The notes beneath the pieces are model-generated. The model was given only the letters and a program-made list of their open reading frames with translations. It did not search any database and was not told the origin of the DNA. Shown here piece by piece: positions 24,320 to 36,039 of a stretch of 64,000 nt of DNA. The DNA comes from Chiloscyllium plagiosum (Eukaryota), in contig NC_057753.1 in NCBI RefSeq assembly GCF_004010195.1, positions 4,902,878 to 4,966,877 on the forward strand, written 5' to 3'. A program made the position numbers and the translations under genes. Every line of letters begins with the position of its first letter. Positions within the stretch are counted from its first letter, which is position 1.

Positions 24320-25195
24320 ATGGATCGTTCAACCTATAGTGACACACCACCCATGGATAAATCATGGAAATGCAGGGATTGTGGGAAAGGATTCAGATTC
24401 CCATCTATGCTGGAAAGCCATCGGCGTAGACACACAGGGGAAAGGCCATTCACCTGCAATGACTGTGGGAAGGGATTCGCTCATTTATCCACCTTGCAAA
24501 AACATCAGAGAACTCACACTGGGGAGAAACCATTCACCTGCCATCAATGTGGGAAGAAATTTGCTCAGCTATCCACGTTACGTACACACCAGAGAACTCA
24601 CACCGGAGAGAAACCGTTTACCTGTCCTGAGTGTGAGAAAGGTTTTGCTTATTTATCCACATTACATGCACACCAGAGAACTCACACTGGGGAGAAACCA
24701 TTCACCTGCTCTGAGTGTGAGGAGGGTTTCAGTCATTTATCCAGCTTGCAGAAACACCAGAGTACTCACACAAAGGAGAAACCATTCACCTGCCTCGAGT
24801 GTGGTAAGCAATTTACCCAATTCTACAGTTTACGGAGACACCAAAGAACTCACACTAGGGAAAAATTGTTCACTTGTCCCAAGTGTGGGAAGGGATTCAC
24901 TCAGTCATCTGCCCTGCTGACGCACAAAAGAGTTCACACTGGGGAGAGACCTTTCCAATGCCCAGACTGCGGGAAGTGTTATAAAAGTTCTGGGGAACTG
25001 ATGTCCCATCAACTTGTTCACACTGACGAAAGACCGTTCAGGTGCTCTCACTGCGGGACTGGGTTCAAGCGATCTTCTCACCTCACTGCACACCTGCGAA
25101 TTCACAGAGTGGAGCCACTGTTTACCTGCTCCAAGTGTGGAAAAGGCTTCTCTCAGTCATCCAAGCTACTGAGGCACCGGCGAGTTCACAAGTGA
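24320..25195 (+). CDS. ZNF-C: tandem C2H2 zinc-finger protein, 10 fingers
   Basis: Open C2H2 array; start ATG at 24320 or 24353. Confidence 0.92.
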   Translation: MDRSTYSDTPPMDKSWKCRDCGKGFRFPSMLESHRRRHTGERPFTCNDCGKGFAHLSTLQKHQRTHTGEKPFTCHQCGKKFAQLSTLRTHQRTHTGEKPFTCPECEKGFAYLSTLHAHQRTHTGEKPFTCSECEEGFSHLSSLQKHQSTHTKEKPFTCLECGKQFTQFYSLRRHQRTHTREKLFTCPKCGKGFTQSSALLTHKRVHTGERPFQCPDCGKCYKSSGELMSHQLVHTDERPFRCSHCGTGFKRSSHLTAHLRIHRVEPLFTCSKCGKGFSQSSKLLRHRRVHK

Positions 25196-26550
25196 CTGTA
25201 GGAGTTGGACTTTGCTGTTTACTGCTTTTATGAATCACATCAGGACTGAACCTGTGGATAATCCAAGGTGGGTAAGAAATAGTGTCTCAGCTGCTCTCTT
25301 CCATGGCTCAGTGCTCCCAGACATGGAACAGAAGCTCCTTTACAGCTGGGTTTAGAATCTGGAAGAGAAACAAGCTGTAAAGTCAGAGATTGAGTTCTAA
25401 CTGGGATCTGTTATTTAACTGAAACTGAAACAGCAGGTTTAAGTTCTAAGTCTGAAAATGACCATTGGTCACAATGGTCTGAGGATTTTAAAAGTTCATG
25501 TGAGATTCCTGATTCTCTTAATGTAAGGTCAAGAACAAAATCAACTTGCACTTATAGCGAACATTTCCCATTGAGGTGTCACTGGTGTTTCATACATGAT
25601 CAAAAGCTTGGTTGTAAAGTTTGAGTTTAAGAATTATCTTAGAGAGGAAGGGAAGGAATTACAGAGCTTGGGGCCTTGGCAGGATGGCCACTGATTGTGG
25701 AAGGATTTCATTGTGGAACAGTAAAGGCTCAGAATTAGAGAGGGACTGGAAGCCGTAAGGCCAGACATGATCCCAAGAAAGTGACTGGCTCCACAGAACT
25801 TCAAAACTCTGTGCAATGGGTGCATGCAGGTTGTTACCATGGCGGTGTGGGACATGTCTGCTGCTTTAAACAGCAAATGACAGATACTGTCTCCATGAGC
25901 TTATAGCATGTCAGTGATTCCCCACCAAGCTCGTCTGCAGTGAGCTGGGAGTAATGGTTTAATGCTGCTCTAGGAGAGCGTTGATGGAGAAAGGAGACAC
26001 AGAAATGGCAATCCCACTCAAAGTACTCCCATTTCTCACCCTGTAAACACCATTCCCCCCTCACCCCTAGCATCCCTGAGGCAATAGGCAACACATTGCC
26101 TCCATCTCATTGCACACTGCCTTCTACCTCACAAGTTCAGTTTGTAACTCTCACAAATAGAATTGGAACCGGCTTTTCAGGGACTCTCAAGGACTCTGAA
26201 ACCCAGACAGAGAAACTCAAAACATCTGAACAGGGATTTGAGCACCCCAGCACCAGGCTGAAGTGACAGGAAGACTCTCTGCTAGAAAATGTAACTCACC
26301 AAGAGTTGTGCATGGGGGTTTGGCAAACTATTAAGTTTTTTTTGTATGGATTAGAACCACTTCCAGCTCTTGTCCATTCTCGCTTCCTGAGACTTGCTCA
26401 CTTTTCCTCTGATTCCTTGTTGTAGGATTATTAGCTATAATTTAATCAACCAGGTTGGACATATCACAACACACCTCTGGAGCAGGGGCCTGACAGAGGT
26501 AAAGGTGAAATTCCATGGACAAACCAGACCAAAGGACTGCTGTCCTTATC

Positions 26551-26795
26551 AAAGTTAAAAAATCACACAACACCAACTTATAGTCCAACAGGTTTATTTG
26601 GAAGTACAAGCTTTCGAAGCACTGCTCCTTCATCAGGTAACGAGTGGGGCAGGATCATAGGACACAGAATTCATAATAAAAGATTAAACTGTTATACAAC
26701 TGTACTTTCAAAAAAAAAACCTGTTGGACTATAACCTGGTGTTGTGTGATTTTTAACTTTGTCCACCCCAGTCCAACACCGGCATCTCCACATCG
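26551..26795. mobile_element. Penelope-derived inverted-repeat element (same family as 20429-20666)
   Basis: aaagttaaaaaatcacacaacacca / tggtgttgtgtgatttttaacttt arms; minus-strand tac-CTGATGA-aggagcagtgcttc-GAAA-gctt-gta at 26604-26639. Confidence 0.75.
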
Positions 26796-27685
26796 CTCTA
26801 TCCAAGAGACAGAGAGAGAGATGTCTGGTGGTGGTTTAACCTGAGGGTCACCATCCCTCAGGCAAGGGGAAGAAGTCGCAAAAGCAGTCCTTCATGGTAA
26901 CCTTAGCCAGTGTGGGAAATGAATCTATGCTGTTGGCATCACTCTGCATTGCAAGTTAACTGAGTGCACTGACAGACCGTCACATGATTAAGTGAGGTGA
27001 GCATTGCTCGCATGAACTGTGATTGGGAACAGGGAGGTGGACGATATACAGCATAAAAGAGACCCTTTTGAGAAAATACCATGCTGTGAAGAGGAACCCA
27101 AATCTCTGATTTCTCCTCTTTTGAAATCTCAAAATATACTCTGATTGGAACATTAAAACCTGCAAGATTTTAATCTTGTTGCAATCACTTCTCATTGATG
27201 ACACAGGAGGATTCAACTGGTCCTCGCATTTATAGTATTAAAAAATAAAGATCTTACAAAATGTTTACTCAGAAAATGGTTTCTCTGACTCTAGGGATGG
27301 TCTGATTTTGACCCAAAGTTTCAAGTTGGGCCTTGAGCATGTATAATCAGGCCTAAATACACAGAATACCATTACTAAATCCCCTTCCATCCCCAATATT
27401 AATTACCCTAACATAGGTTACTGGGCCTTCAGCAGCCTGGGACCTAAACTCTGGAATTTCCTCCCTGGCTCCCTCCAACTTTCTATTTCATTTTCCTCTT
27501 TTCATATACTCCTTATCATCCACCTCTTTGGCTTAGAGTTTGGTCATCTGATTTAAAATGCCCCAATGAATCTGGCAAATCTTTGGGCCTTTCGTTAGTT
27601 GATCAACACAATATTAGTAGTTGCTGTAGTTCAGTGAGATCTGATCACTGATTGAGTGAGTGAATCTATATAAATGCAGCTCAGA

Positions 27686-28975
27686 GACCTCTATAAGGAC
27701 ATCCCTCAGCCTCCGACGCTCCGGGGAAAACAGCCCCAGCCTGTTCAGCCTCTCCCTGTAGCTCAGATCCTCCAACCCTGGCAACATCCTTGTAAATCTT
27801 TTCTGAACCCTTTCAATTTTCACAACATCTTTCCGATAGGAAGGAGACCAGAATTACACGCAATATTCCAACAGTGGCCTAACCAATGTCCTGTACAGCC
27901 ACAACATGACCTCCCAACTCCTGTACTCAATACTGTGACCAATAAAGGAAAGCATACCAAATGCCTTCTTCACTATCCTATCTACCTGCGACTCCACTTT
28001 CAAGGAGCTATGAACCTGCACTCCAAGGTCTCTTTGTTCAGCAACACTCCCTAGGACCTTACCATGAAGTGTAAAGGTCCTGCTAAGATTTGTTTTCCCA
28101 AAATGCAGCACCTCGCATTTATCTGAATTAAACTCCATCCGCCCTTCTTAAACAGTGGCACCACGTTTGCCAACCTCCAGTCTTCCAGCACCTCACCTGT
28201 GACTATCAATGATACAAATATCTTAGCAAGTCCAGCAGTCACTTCTCCAGCTTCCCACAGAGTTCTCTGGTACACCTGATCAGGTCTGAGGGATTTATCC
28301 ACCTTTAACCGTTTCAAGACATCCAGCACTTCCTCCTCCTTAATCTGGACATTTGCAAGATGTCACCATCTATTTCTCTATATCTTCCATATCCTTTTCC
28401 ACAGTAAATACTGATGCAAAATATTCATTTAGTATCTCCCCCATTTTCTGTGGCTCCACACAAAGGCTGCCTTGCTGATCTTTGAGGGGCCCTATTCGCT
28501 CCCTAGTTACCCTTTTGTCCTTAATATATTTGTAAAAACCCTTTGGATTCTCCTTAATTCTATTTACCAAAGCTATCTCATATCACCTATTTGCCCTCCT
28601 GATTTCCCTTTTAAGTATACTCCCACTTTCTTTAAACTCTTCTAAGGATTCACTCGATCTATTCTTTCTATACCTGACATATGCTTCCTTCTTTTTCTTA
28701 ACCAAACCCTCAATTTCTTTAGTCATCCAGCATTCCCTGTACCTACCAGCCTTTCCTTTCACCCTGACAGGAATATACTTTCTCTGGATTCTTGTTATCT
28801 CATTTCTGAAGGCTTACCATTTTCCAGCCGTCCCTTTACCTGCGAACATCTGCCTCCAGTCAGCTTTCGAAAGTTGTTGCCTAATACCGTCAAAATTGGT
28901 CTTTCTCCAATTAAAAACTTCAACTTTTAGATCTGGTCTATCCTTTTCCATCACTATTTTAAAATGAATAGAATG
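27686..28975 (-). mobile_element. CR1/HER1-type LINE ORF2 with an internal deletion
   Basis: IKENPKGFYKYIK, DWRLANVVPLFKKG, MEFNSDKCEVLHFG, LVRPLLEYCV. Confidence 0.93.
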
Positions 28976-29399
28976 TTTTAAACATTCCTCTTCCTCTGGA
29001 AGTTCATTCCACCCACTAACCTCTGTGTGTAAAAAAAACATTTACCATGACTTTTTAAAATCTTTCTCCTCTGACCTTAAAAATATGTCTCCTGGTCTTG
29101 AAATCCCCCCAACCTTGGGAAAGGACACCTGCCATTCACCTTATCTATACTCCCTTGTGATTTCATAACCCTCTATAAGGGCACCCCTCAACCTCCTACA
29201 CTTCAGTGAAAAAAGTCCCAGTTTGTCCAGCCTTTCCTTACAATTCAAATTCTCCATTCCCAGCAATATCTCATTGCATCCTCTCCAGCTTAAATTCCCT
29301 TCCTATAACACGAGACCAGATGAAGCCTCACTCATGTCCAGTACTACCTTAACATTACATTCACCCACTTATCTCGGCAACCATGGAAAATTCCATTAT

Positions 29400-30420
29400 A
29401 TTCCTTGAGGATTTTGGACATGTTTTGGGGAGTCAAGAGGTGATTTACCAGGGAGAGGAATGGAGTTGGAGCGAGGGGATTTAAACAACGGCTTCGGTCT
29501 ACAAATGTGAAATTTGAGGATAATCCACCACTGGATATAAGAGAAACAATCTGATCAGAGGGGTAGGACGAGTGGTGAGGTGGAGCTGTCAGAGTCCATG
29601 TGACAACAGACATTGTTTTCAGATGATGCTGTCATGGGGACATGTCGATTAGAAATAAGCAGAGGCAAAGGCAGAATCCTCTGGGGACACCAGAGGGAAC
29701 AGCGGAAGTGCGAGGGGAAGACTTTGCAAGTAGAACTTTGACAGAGAAGAACGGAACCAGGAGAGGGCAGCCCCACCCAGCTGGACAACAGTGGAGAGGT
29801 ATCAGAACAGGCTGACATGGTCATCCTTGTCCAAGGTTGCAAGCAGGCCAAGACGGATGAGGAGTAGTGGCTTACCCCAATCAAGCAGGATGTCATTTGC
29901 AGCTAGTCAGGATCTGTTTCAGTACTGTGGCAGGGGCAGAAATCGGATTTCAGTCACAGAGTTCTGGGAAAGATGGACTGGGATTTGGGAGGGTGATGAA
30001 ATGTTCCAGGACATTAGAGAGGAAAAGGAGATTGGAAGCGGGGCAACAGTTCGCAAGGACGGGCTGGTCAACATTCGTTTAAGAGGTTTGAAGAAGAGTA
30101 GGGAAATACCTAAAGAGAGATAAGTATTCACATTATCAACAGATATAGGGGAGTTGGGCAATCAGCAATTTAAGAGCGAGCCAGGTTGATGAAGCTGGAG
30201 GTGGGTCTCAGGCAGAATGGGCTCAGAGGCGAGAAACTAAAGAAAACTGTGGGTTTATGCTTAGGCGGGGGGGAATCTTCAGGGACAGTTTGGCCCAATG
30301 GGCTACTGGATCAGTCAAAAGCAGCAGCTGATCAGATTGTCATGAAGATGGAGACAGAGGCGCTCCATGAGCTGTTCAAGCTGTTTGTTGGAGGTGAGGA
30401 TGGGCGGGGGGAAACGGGAA
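29400..30420 (-). mobile_element. Old L2-like LINE remnant (paralogous piece at about 56440-56760)
   Basis: Degenerate purine-rich LINE-like sequence; gttctgggaaagatgg..gatttggga..gcaag shared with 56500-56580. Confidence 0.45.
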
Positions 30421-30657
30421 TGTTCCCTCAGAAAGAAGGAACCGGCGTTAGAAATATTAAGACTCGAAACAGCAGAAAGCTGTTTAGCAGAAAGCTGATT
30501 TATTGACTTTTATACAGAATGTTCATATCTATAAGGTTATTAAGGTCAACAGAAACACCGCAATGGACATGGTTCAGTCCTCAATGTGACTAACAGCAAA
30601 ATCCAATCACTGTAGTTATTCGTGAACTCATCTCAGCAGGTGGAATGACTGAGTGAA

Positions 30658-31896
30658 TCACTTCATACAGAGCAGGTGAACAGTCATTTCCCCAGTGTGA
30701 ACCCGCTGGTGTTCGTTGAGGTCAGATGATCGCCTGAACCCAGTCGCACAGTGAGAGCACCTGAACGGTCTCTCGTCAGTGTGGATACGTTGATGAGACA
30801 TCAGTTCCCCAGAACTTTTAAAGCATTTCCCACAGTCTGGGCATTTAAAAGGTCTGTTGTCAGTGTGAACACGTTGATGGGTCATCAGTTCCCCAGAACT
30901 TTTAAAGCACTTGCTGCACTCTGGACACTGAAAAGGCCTTTTGTCAGTGTGAACTCGCTGGTGTATCAGCAGGTGGGATGACTGAGCGAATCCTTTCCCA
31001 CACTCGGAGCAGGTAAATGGCCTCTCTCCAGTGTGAACCCGCTGGTGTACGATAAGGTCAGATGACCGCCTGAACCCAGTCCCACACTGAGAGCACTTGA
31101 ACGGTCTCTCATCAGTGTGAACACGTTGATGGGACATCAGGTCCCCAGGACTTTTAAAACACTTCCCACAGTCTGGACACTTAAAAGGTTTCTCATCAGT
31201 GTGAACCCGCTGGTGTTTCAACAAGTCAGATGACTGAGTGAATCCCTTCCCACACTCAGAGCAGGTGAATGGCCTCTCCCCAGTGTGAATTCGCTGGTGT
31301 ACAGTGCGTTGAGACGAGTGCTTGAACCCTGTCCCACAGTGGGAGCACTTGAACGGTCTTTCATCAGTATGAACACGTTGATGGGACATGAGTTCCCCGG
31401 AACTTTTATAGCACTTATCACAATCCGGGCATTTAAAAGGTGTCTCCCCAGTGTGAACCCGCTGGTGCGTCAACAGGTGGGATGATGTAGTGAATCCCTT
31501 CCCACACTCAGAGCAGCTGAACGGTCTCTCCCCAGTGTGAACGCGCTGGTGTATCAGCAGACTATGTAAGTGAGCCAATCGTTTCCCACACTGGGAGCAG
31601 GTAAACAGTTTCTCTCCAGTGTGAGTACGCCAGTGAATCTCCAGCTCGGATGGGTAATTGAATCCCTTCCCACAGTCGGTGCATTTCCACGGCTTCTCCC
31701 CATTGTGACTGCGCTGGTGCCTTTTCAGCTGTGATGGGTAATCAAATCCTTTCCCGCAGTTCCCACATTTCCACCATTTTATGCCAGTCTGACCACACTT
31801 GTGCCTCGACAGGTCAGATGGTCGGCTGAAGCCTCGTTCACACACAGAGCACATGTACGGTTTCTCCCCAGTGGGAACGCTGCTTTTTTCTTCCAT
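30658..31896 (-). CDS. ZNF-D: tandem C2H2 zinc-finger protein, 412 aa, 13 canonical + 1 degenerate finger; last finger frameshifted
   Basis: C2H2 array; acceptor at about 32005; AATAAA on - at 30499-30504. Confidence 0.92.
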   Translation of the reverse strand: MEEKSSVPTGEKPYMCSVCERGFSRPSDLSRHKCGQTGIKWWKCGNCGKGFDYPSQLKRHQRSHNGEKPWKCTDCGKGFNYPSELEIHWRTHTGEKLFTCSQCGKRLAHLHSLLIHQRVHTGERPFSCSECGKGFTTSSHLLTHQRVHTGETPFKCPDCDKCYKSSGELMSHQRVHTDERPFKCSHCGTGFKHSSQRTVHQRIHTGERPFTCSECGKGFTQSSDLLKHQRVHTDEKPFKCPDCGKCFKSPGDLMSHQRVHTDERPFKCSQCGTGFRRSSDLIVHQRVHTGERPFTCSECGKGFAQSSHLLIHQRVHTDKRPFQCPECSKCFKSSGELMTHQRVHTDNRPFKCPDCGKCFKSSGELMSHQRIHTDERPFRCSHCATGFRRSSDLNEHQRVHTGEMTVHLLCMK

Positions 31897-32084
31897 ATCT
31901 GAAGCCCAGTGATATTTGGGTTACAATATACTGGGTGAATCCATCAGATCCTCTGTGATGTTTGGTTTCAGTTTCCCAACTGCAAAAGGACTCCTTTAAG
32001 TACCCTGCAACATTAATTGAAAAACAAATGGAGTGAAGAAGATCATATGAAAACTCAGCAGCAGATGGAGAGATTTAAGTGATT

Positions 32085-33380
32085 AACATAGTTATTTAGA
32101 CAATAGGTGCAGGAGTAGGCCTTCGGGCCCGCACCGCCATTCAATATAATCATGGCTGATCATTCCTAATCAGTATCCTATTCCTGCCTTATCTCCATAA
32201 CCCTGGATTCCACCATCTGTGAGAGCTTTATCCAACTCTTTCTTAAATGAATCCAGAGAGTGGGCCTCCACTGCCCTCTTGGGCAGAGCATTCCACACAG
32301 CCACCACTCTCTGGGTGAAGAAGTTTCTCCTCATCTCTGTCCTAAATGGTCTACCCCGTATTTTTAACCCAGTCGCTTCAGTCTTTCAGTGTAAGGTAAT
32401 CCCACCATTCCAGGAATTGACCTCGTGAACCTATGTTGCACTCCCTCAATAGCCAGAATGTCTTTCCTCAAGTTTGGAGACCAGAACACACTCAGTACTC
32501 CAGGTGTGGTCTCACCAGGGCCCTCTACAGCTGCAGAAGCACCTCTTTGCTTCTATACTCAATTCCTCTTGTTATGAAGGCCAGCATGCTATTAGCCTTC
32601 TTCAATACCTGCATGCTTGCCTTCATTGACTGGTGTACAAGATCACCCAGATCTCTCTGTACTGCTCCTTTACCTAAATTGATTCCATTTAGGTAGTAAT
32701 CTGCCTTCCTGTTCTTGCCACCAAAGTGGATAATCATACATTTATCCACATTAAACTGCATCTGCCATGCATCTGCCCACTCACCTAACTTGTCCAGGTC
32801 ACCCTGTAATCTTCTAACATCCTCATCACATTTCACCCTGCCACCCAGCTCAGTATCATCAGCAAATTTGCTAATGTTATTGCTAATACCATCTTCTATA
32901 TCATTAANNNNNNNNNNNNNNNNNNNNNNNNNNNNNNNNNNNNNNNNNNNNNNTTTCCTGTCAGCCAACCAACTTTCAATCCAAGTTAGTACTTTGCCCC
33001 CAATACCATGCGCCCTAATTTTACTTACTAACCTCTTGTGTGGGACTTTATCAAAAGCTTTTTGAACGTCCAGGTACACTACATCTACTGGATCTCCCTC
33101 GTCTATCTTCAGAGTTACATCCTCAAAAAATTCCAGAAGATTAGTCAACCATTATTTCCCCTTCATAAATCCATGCTGACTCTGTCCTATCCTGTTACTA
33201 CTATCCAGATGTGCCGTAATTTCATCCTTTATAATAGACTCCAGCATCTTTCCCACCACTGAGGTCAGACTAACTGGTCTATAATTTCCTGCTTTTTCTC
33301 TCCCACCTTTCTTAAAAAGTGGTATAACATTAGCCACCCTCTAATCCTCAGGAACCGACCCCGAATCTATCGAACTCTGG
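32085..33380 (-). mobile_element. CR1-type LINE RT region (different subfamily), spans the assembly gap
   Basis: [39 protein letters not shown]. Confidence 0.93.
32908..32953. other. Assembly gap (46 N)
   Basis: Run of N. Confidence 1.
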
Positions 33381-34539
33381 CATTTGTGCGACTGGCACCA
33401 TGAAACTGCTGGATTGACCTAAAACCAGAAATGGTGTATGAGGAAAGGGAATCTGCTATTCAATGTGGGTGTACACAAAATCCTGGCCTCACTGGATGGG
33501 GGATGGAGAAGGAGAGAGAAAAAGAGGTGAGAGAGACAGGGGGTGAAACAGAGGGATTGTAGATATTTACAATTCAACCAGTATTTTAACAGCATCTTCC
33601 AAATCCTCAACCTTCCCACGGTGAAAGACCATAGTACAGCATGAACACGATCACCTCCAAGTCACACAATGTCCTGACCCGCCTGGCATCCAGAGGTGTT
33701 AACCATTTAAATGTTAGGAAGGCCGAAGCCATCATCTGTAGCCTGTACGAGTTTCTAATCCCTCACTAACTTCTCCATCACAGTTATTGGTAATTGTCCA
33801 AGACTGATCCAGACTGTTCACAACCAGAGTCATACAGCACAGAACCTGACCCTTCAGTCCATTCCAACCATAATCCCAAACAAAACCAATTGCACCTACC
33901 TGCGCTTAGCTCATATTCCCTCTAAGCAATTCTTATTCATGTACTTATCTAAATGTCTTTTAAACCATACCCATGTCTGCCACTTCCTCTGGGATTTAAT
34001 TCCACAGATGAACCACACCCGACGCAAAAACGTTACCCCTCATATCTTTATTCTCTCACCTTAAAAACATGCTCACCGGTCTTGAAGACTCCCATCCTGG
34101 GGGAGGGGGAGTTTTCAATTCATGACAAGCTTCCAACTAGATTTTCACATTATCAACTTGGCGTATTTTCACCTCAGAAACACAAATAGAAATTGCTGGA
34201 AATCCTCAGCAGGTCAGGAAGCATCAAAAGAGTAAATACATCTTCCTCAAAACTGAAATCTGGAAGGGTTTCAGTAAATGAAATAGGATTGAAAGGTGTG
34301 TAATTTTCTTTTTTTTTTAAATTCACACATGGGACCTGGTTATTGCTGGCTGGCCAGTATTTATTATCCATCCTGAGTTGCCCTTCATAAGGTGGTGGTG
34401 ATGAGCTGCCTTTTTGAACCATGCTGCAGTCTTACTTTGAGATTTTGGATTCACGGCAGACGTTCAGAAGAAACCAACATTTCTTTAGCTTCCAGTTTGT
34501 TCTGTGTGAATACTCCCCCTTCCATCCCCTGGCAAAGGA

Positions 34540-35150
34540 GGGAGGTGCATTCGCCCCATTGCCCTTTGCCCCCATAAAGATGGCGGTCACAAGGGGCAAC
34601 ATTCTCCCAATAAAGATGGCGGCGGTAACTAGGCTGTCACCACCTGAGGCCTGCAGCCGCTTCCCCCTTGAAAGGAATAAAGACACGGAGAGTTTCTAAT
34701 TCGCGTCCGGAGACCTATACCGGATGTTTACGACACCACCCAGTCCCCATTAGTTCCATTTTCCTGCCGCTCTTCGCGGTCTCAGCCCCCACCTTACCAT
34801 CTCCTCAGCAACGCCAGCCCCTCGTCAAGACTTCAATCACATTGGAACTGCGACTGCGCGGGGGGAGTCGGGCACGTGTCTCCACGCGGTGCTGGCCTTC
34901 CCTCACCCCCGCCCCATTGGCTGGAGGACCAGTTGCACCCGTCAGGTCCTCCAGCCCCGCCCCCTCATTCGCTTCCGCTGTTTTGACAGCGGTTCGCGCT
35001 CCAACCCCGCCCCTCCTTCATGCCCAACGGTTGGAGGACCAGCCGCGCAACAACACGGTCCTCCAGCTCCGCCCCTCATTCACCCCCATTGGTTTGAGGA
35101 CCAGCCGCTTCCCGCACGGTCCTCCAGCCCCGCCCCCTTACCCTTCTCGT
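34540..35150 (-). promoter_or_regulatory. CpG-island promoter and first exon of ZNF-D, with a tandemly repeated dyad module
   Basis: CpG-rich; paired AAGATGGCGG at 34576 and 34612; minus-strand donor gatg|gtaagg at about 34797; three GAGGACC..GGTCCTC dyads with GC boxes and ATTGG in 34905-35140. Confidence 0.75.
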
Positions 35151-35174
35151 AGATCTTCAGCTGGATTCATTCAT

Positions 35175-36030
35175 AAAACAAAACAGCTGCAAGATGCTGG
35201 GTATCTGAAACAAAAGCATAATTGCTGGAGAAACTCCGGCAGCATCTGTGGAGAGAAGGGAGAGTCAATGTTTCTAGTCCAATGACCCTTCTTCAAAACT
35301 GATGGTATCTAGGAAAAGGTGGTACATAGGCTGAAGACAAGGGGGCGGGGTTAGCGAGTAAGGAGTCAGAGGGACAGCCAGAGATGGATCCAAAGAGAAA
35401 AGAATTACAGTTAGGGAGACAAAGGCAGAATGCCAGAAAGAAAAGCTGCAGTTCCCCGAGGCTTCCAATTGCTTGCCACGTCAACACACCATCCTATTCT
35501 CTGGTCAACATTTCTGCTTCAGGCCTGTTACAGGAAGGCTCAGCAAAAGCTGGAGGAACAGCATCTGAGTTTCCAATTGGCGACCCTTCAGCCTTCAGGA
35601 CTCAATAATTGACTTCTATAATTTTACATATTTATATACACACACAAACCCCATTCCGAGGAAGGGTCACGTGACCCGAAATGTTAACTCTGATTTTCCC
35701 TCCACAGACCTGCTTATCTTTTCAGCAATTTCTGACTTTGTTTCTGATTTACAGCATCCACAGTTCTTACAGTTTCTATGAGTTTACAATTTGAACAACA
35801 ACTTCCATGTCCTTGACCCACTCCCACACCCTGTCATGACATGGGGTGCTTTCTGCTCAGCCAATCCATTTTCACCGGCTTATTATGGCCCTCATGGTCA
35901 GCTTTTCTTTCTCCATGCCATACTATTATCCGTTGATTTGTCTCCCTAATGGTTGTTCTCTCTCTCTCTCTCACAGCTCAATTTCCGCCTATCTGATCAC
36001 TTCTCCCTCCTCCCCCCCCCATCCCAGGTA
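35175..36030 (+). mobile_element. Penelope-like element remnant (GIY-YIG endonuclease C-terminus and terminal repeats)
   Basis: LPIACHVNTP..ISASGLLQ..KLEEQHLSFQLATLQPSGLN across frames; hammerhead-like ccgagga-agggtcacgtgaccc-gaaa at 35656-35681. Confidence 0.75.
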
Positions 36031-36039
36031 AAGTTAAAG

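Noticed and set aside
34668-35285. 205-aa ORF, and similar ORFs at 13270-13896 and 23486-23933
   Set aside because: Pro/Ser/Arg-rich translations of GC-rich promoter DNA running into TE sequence
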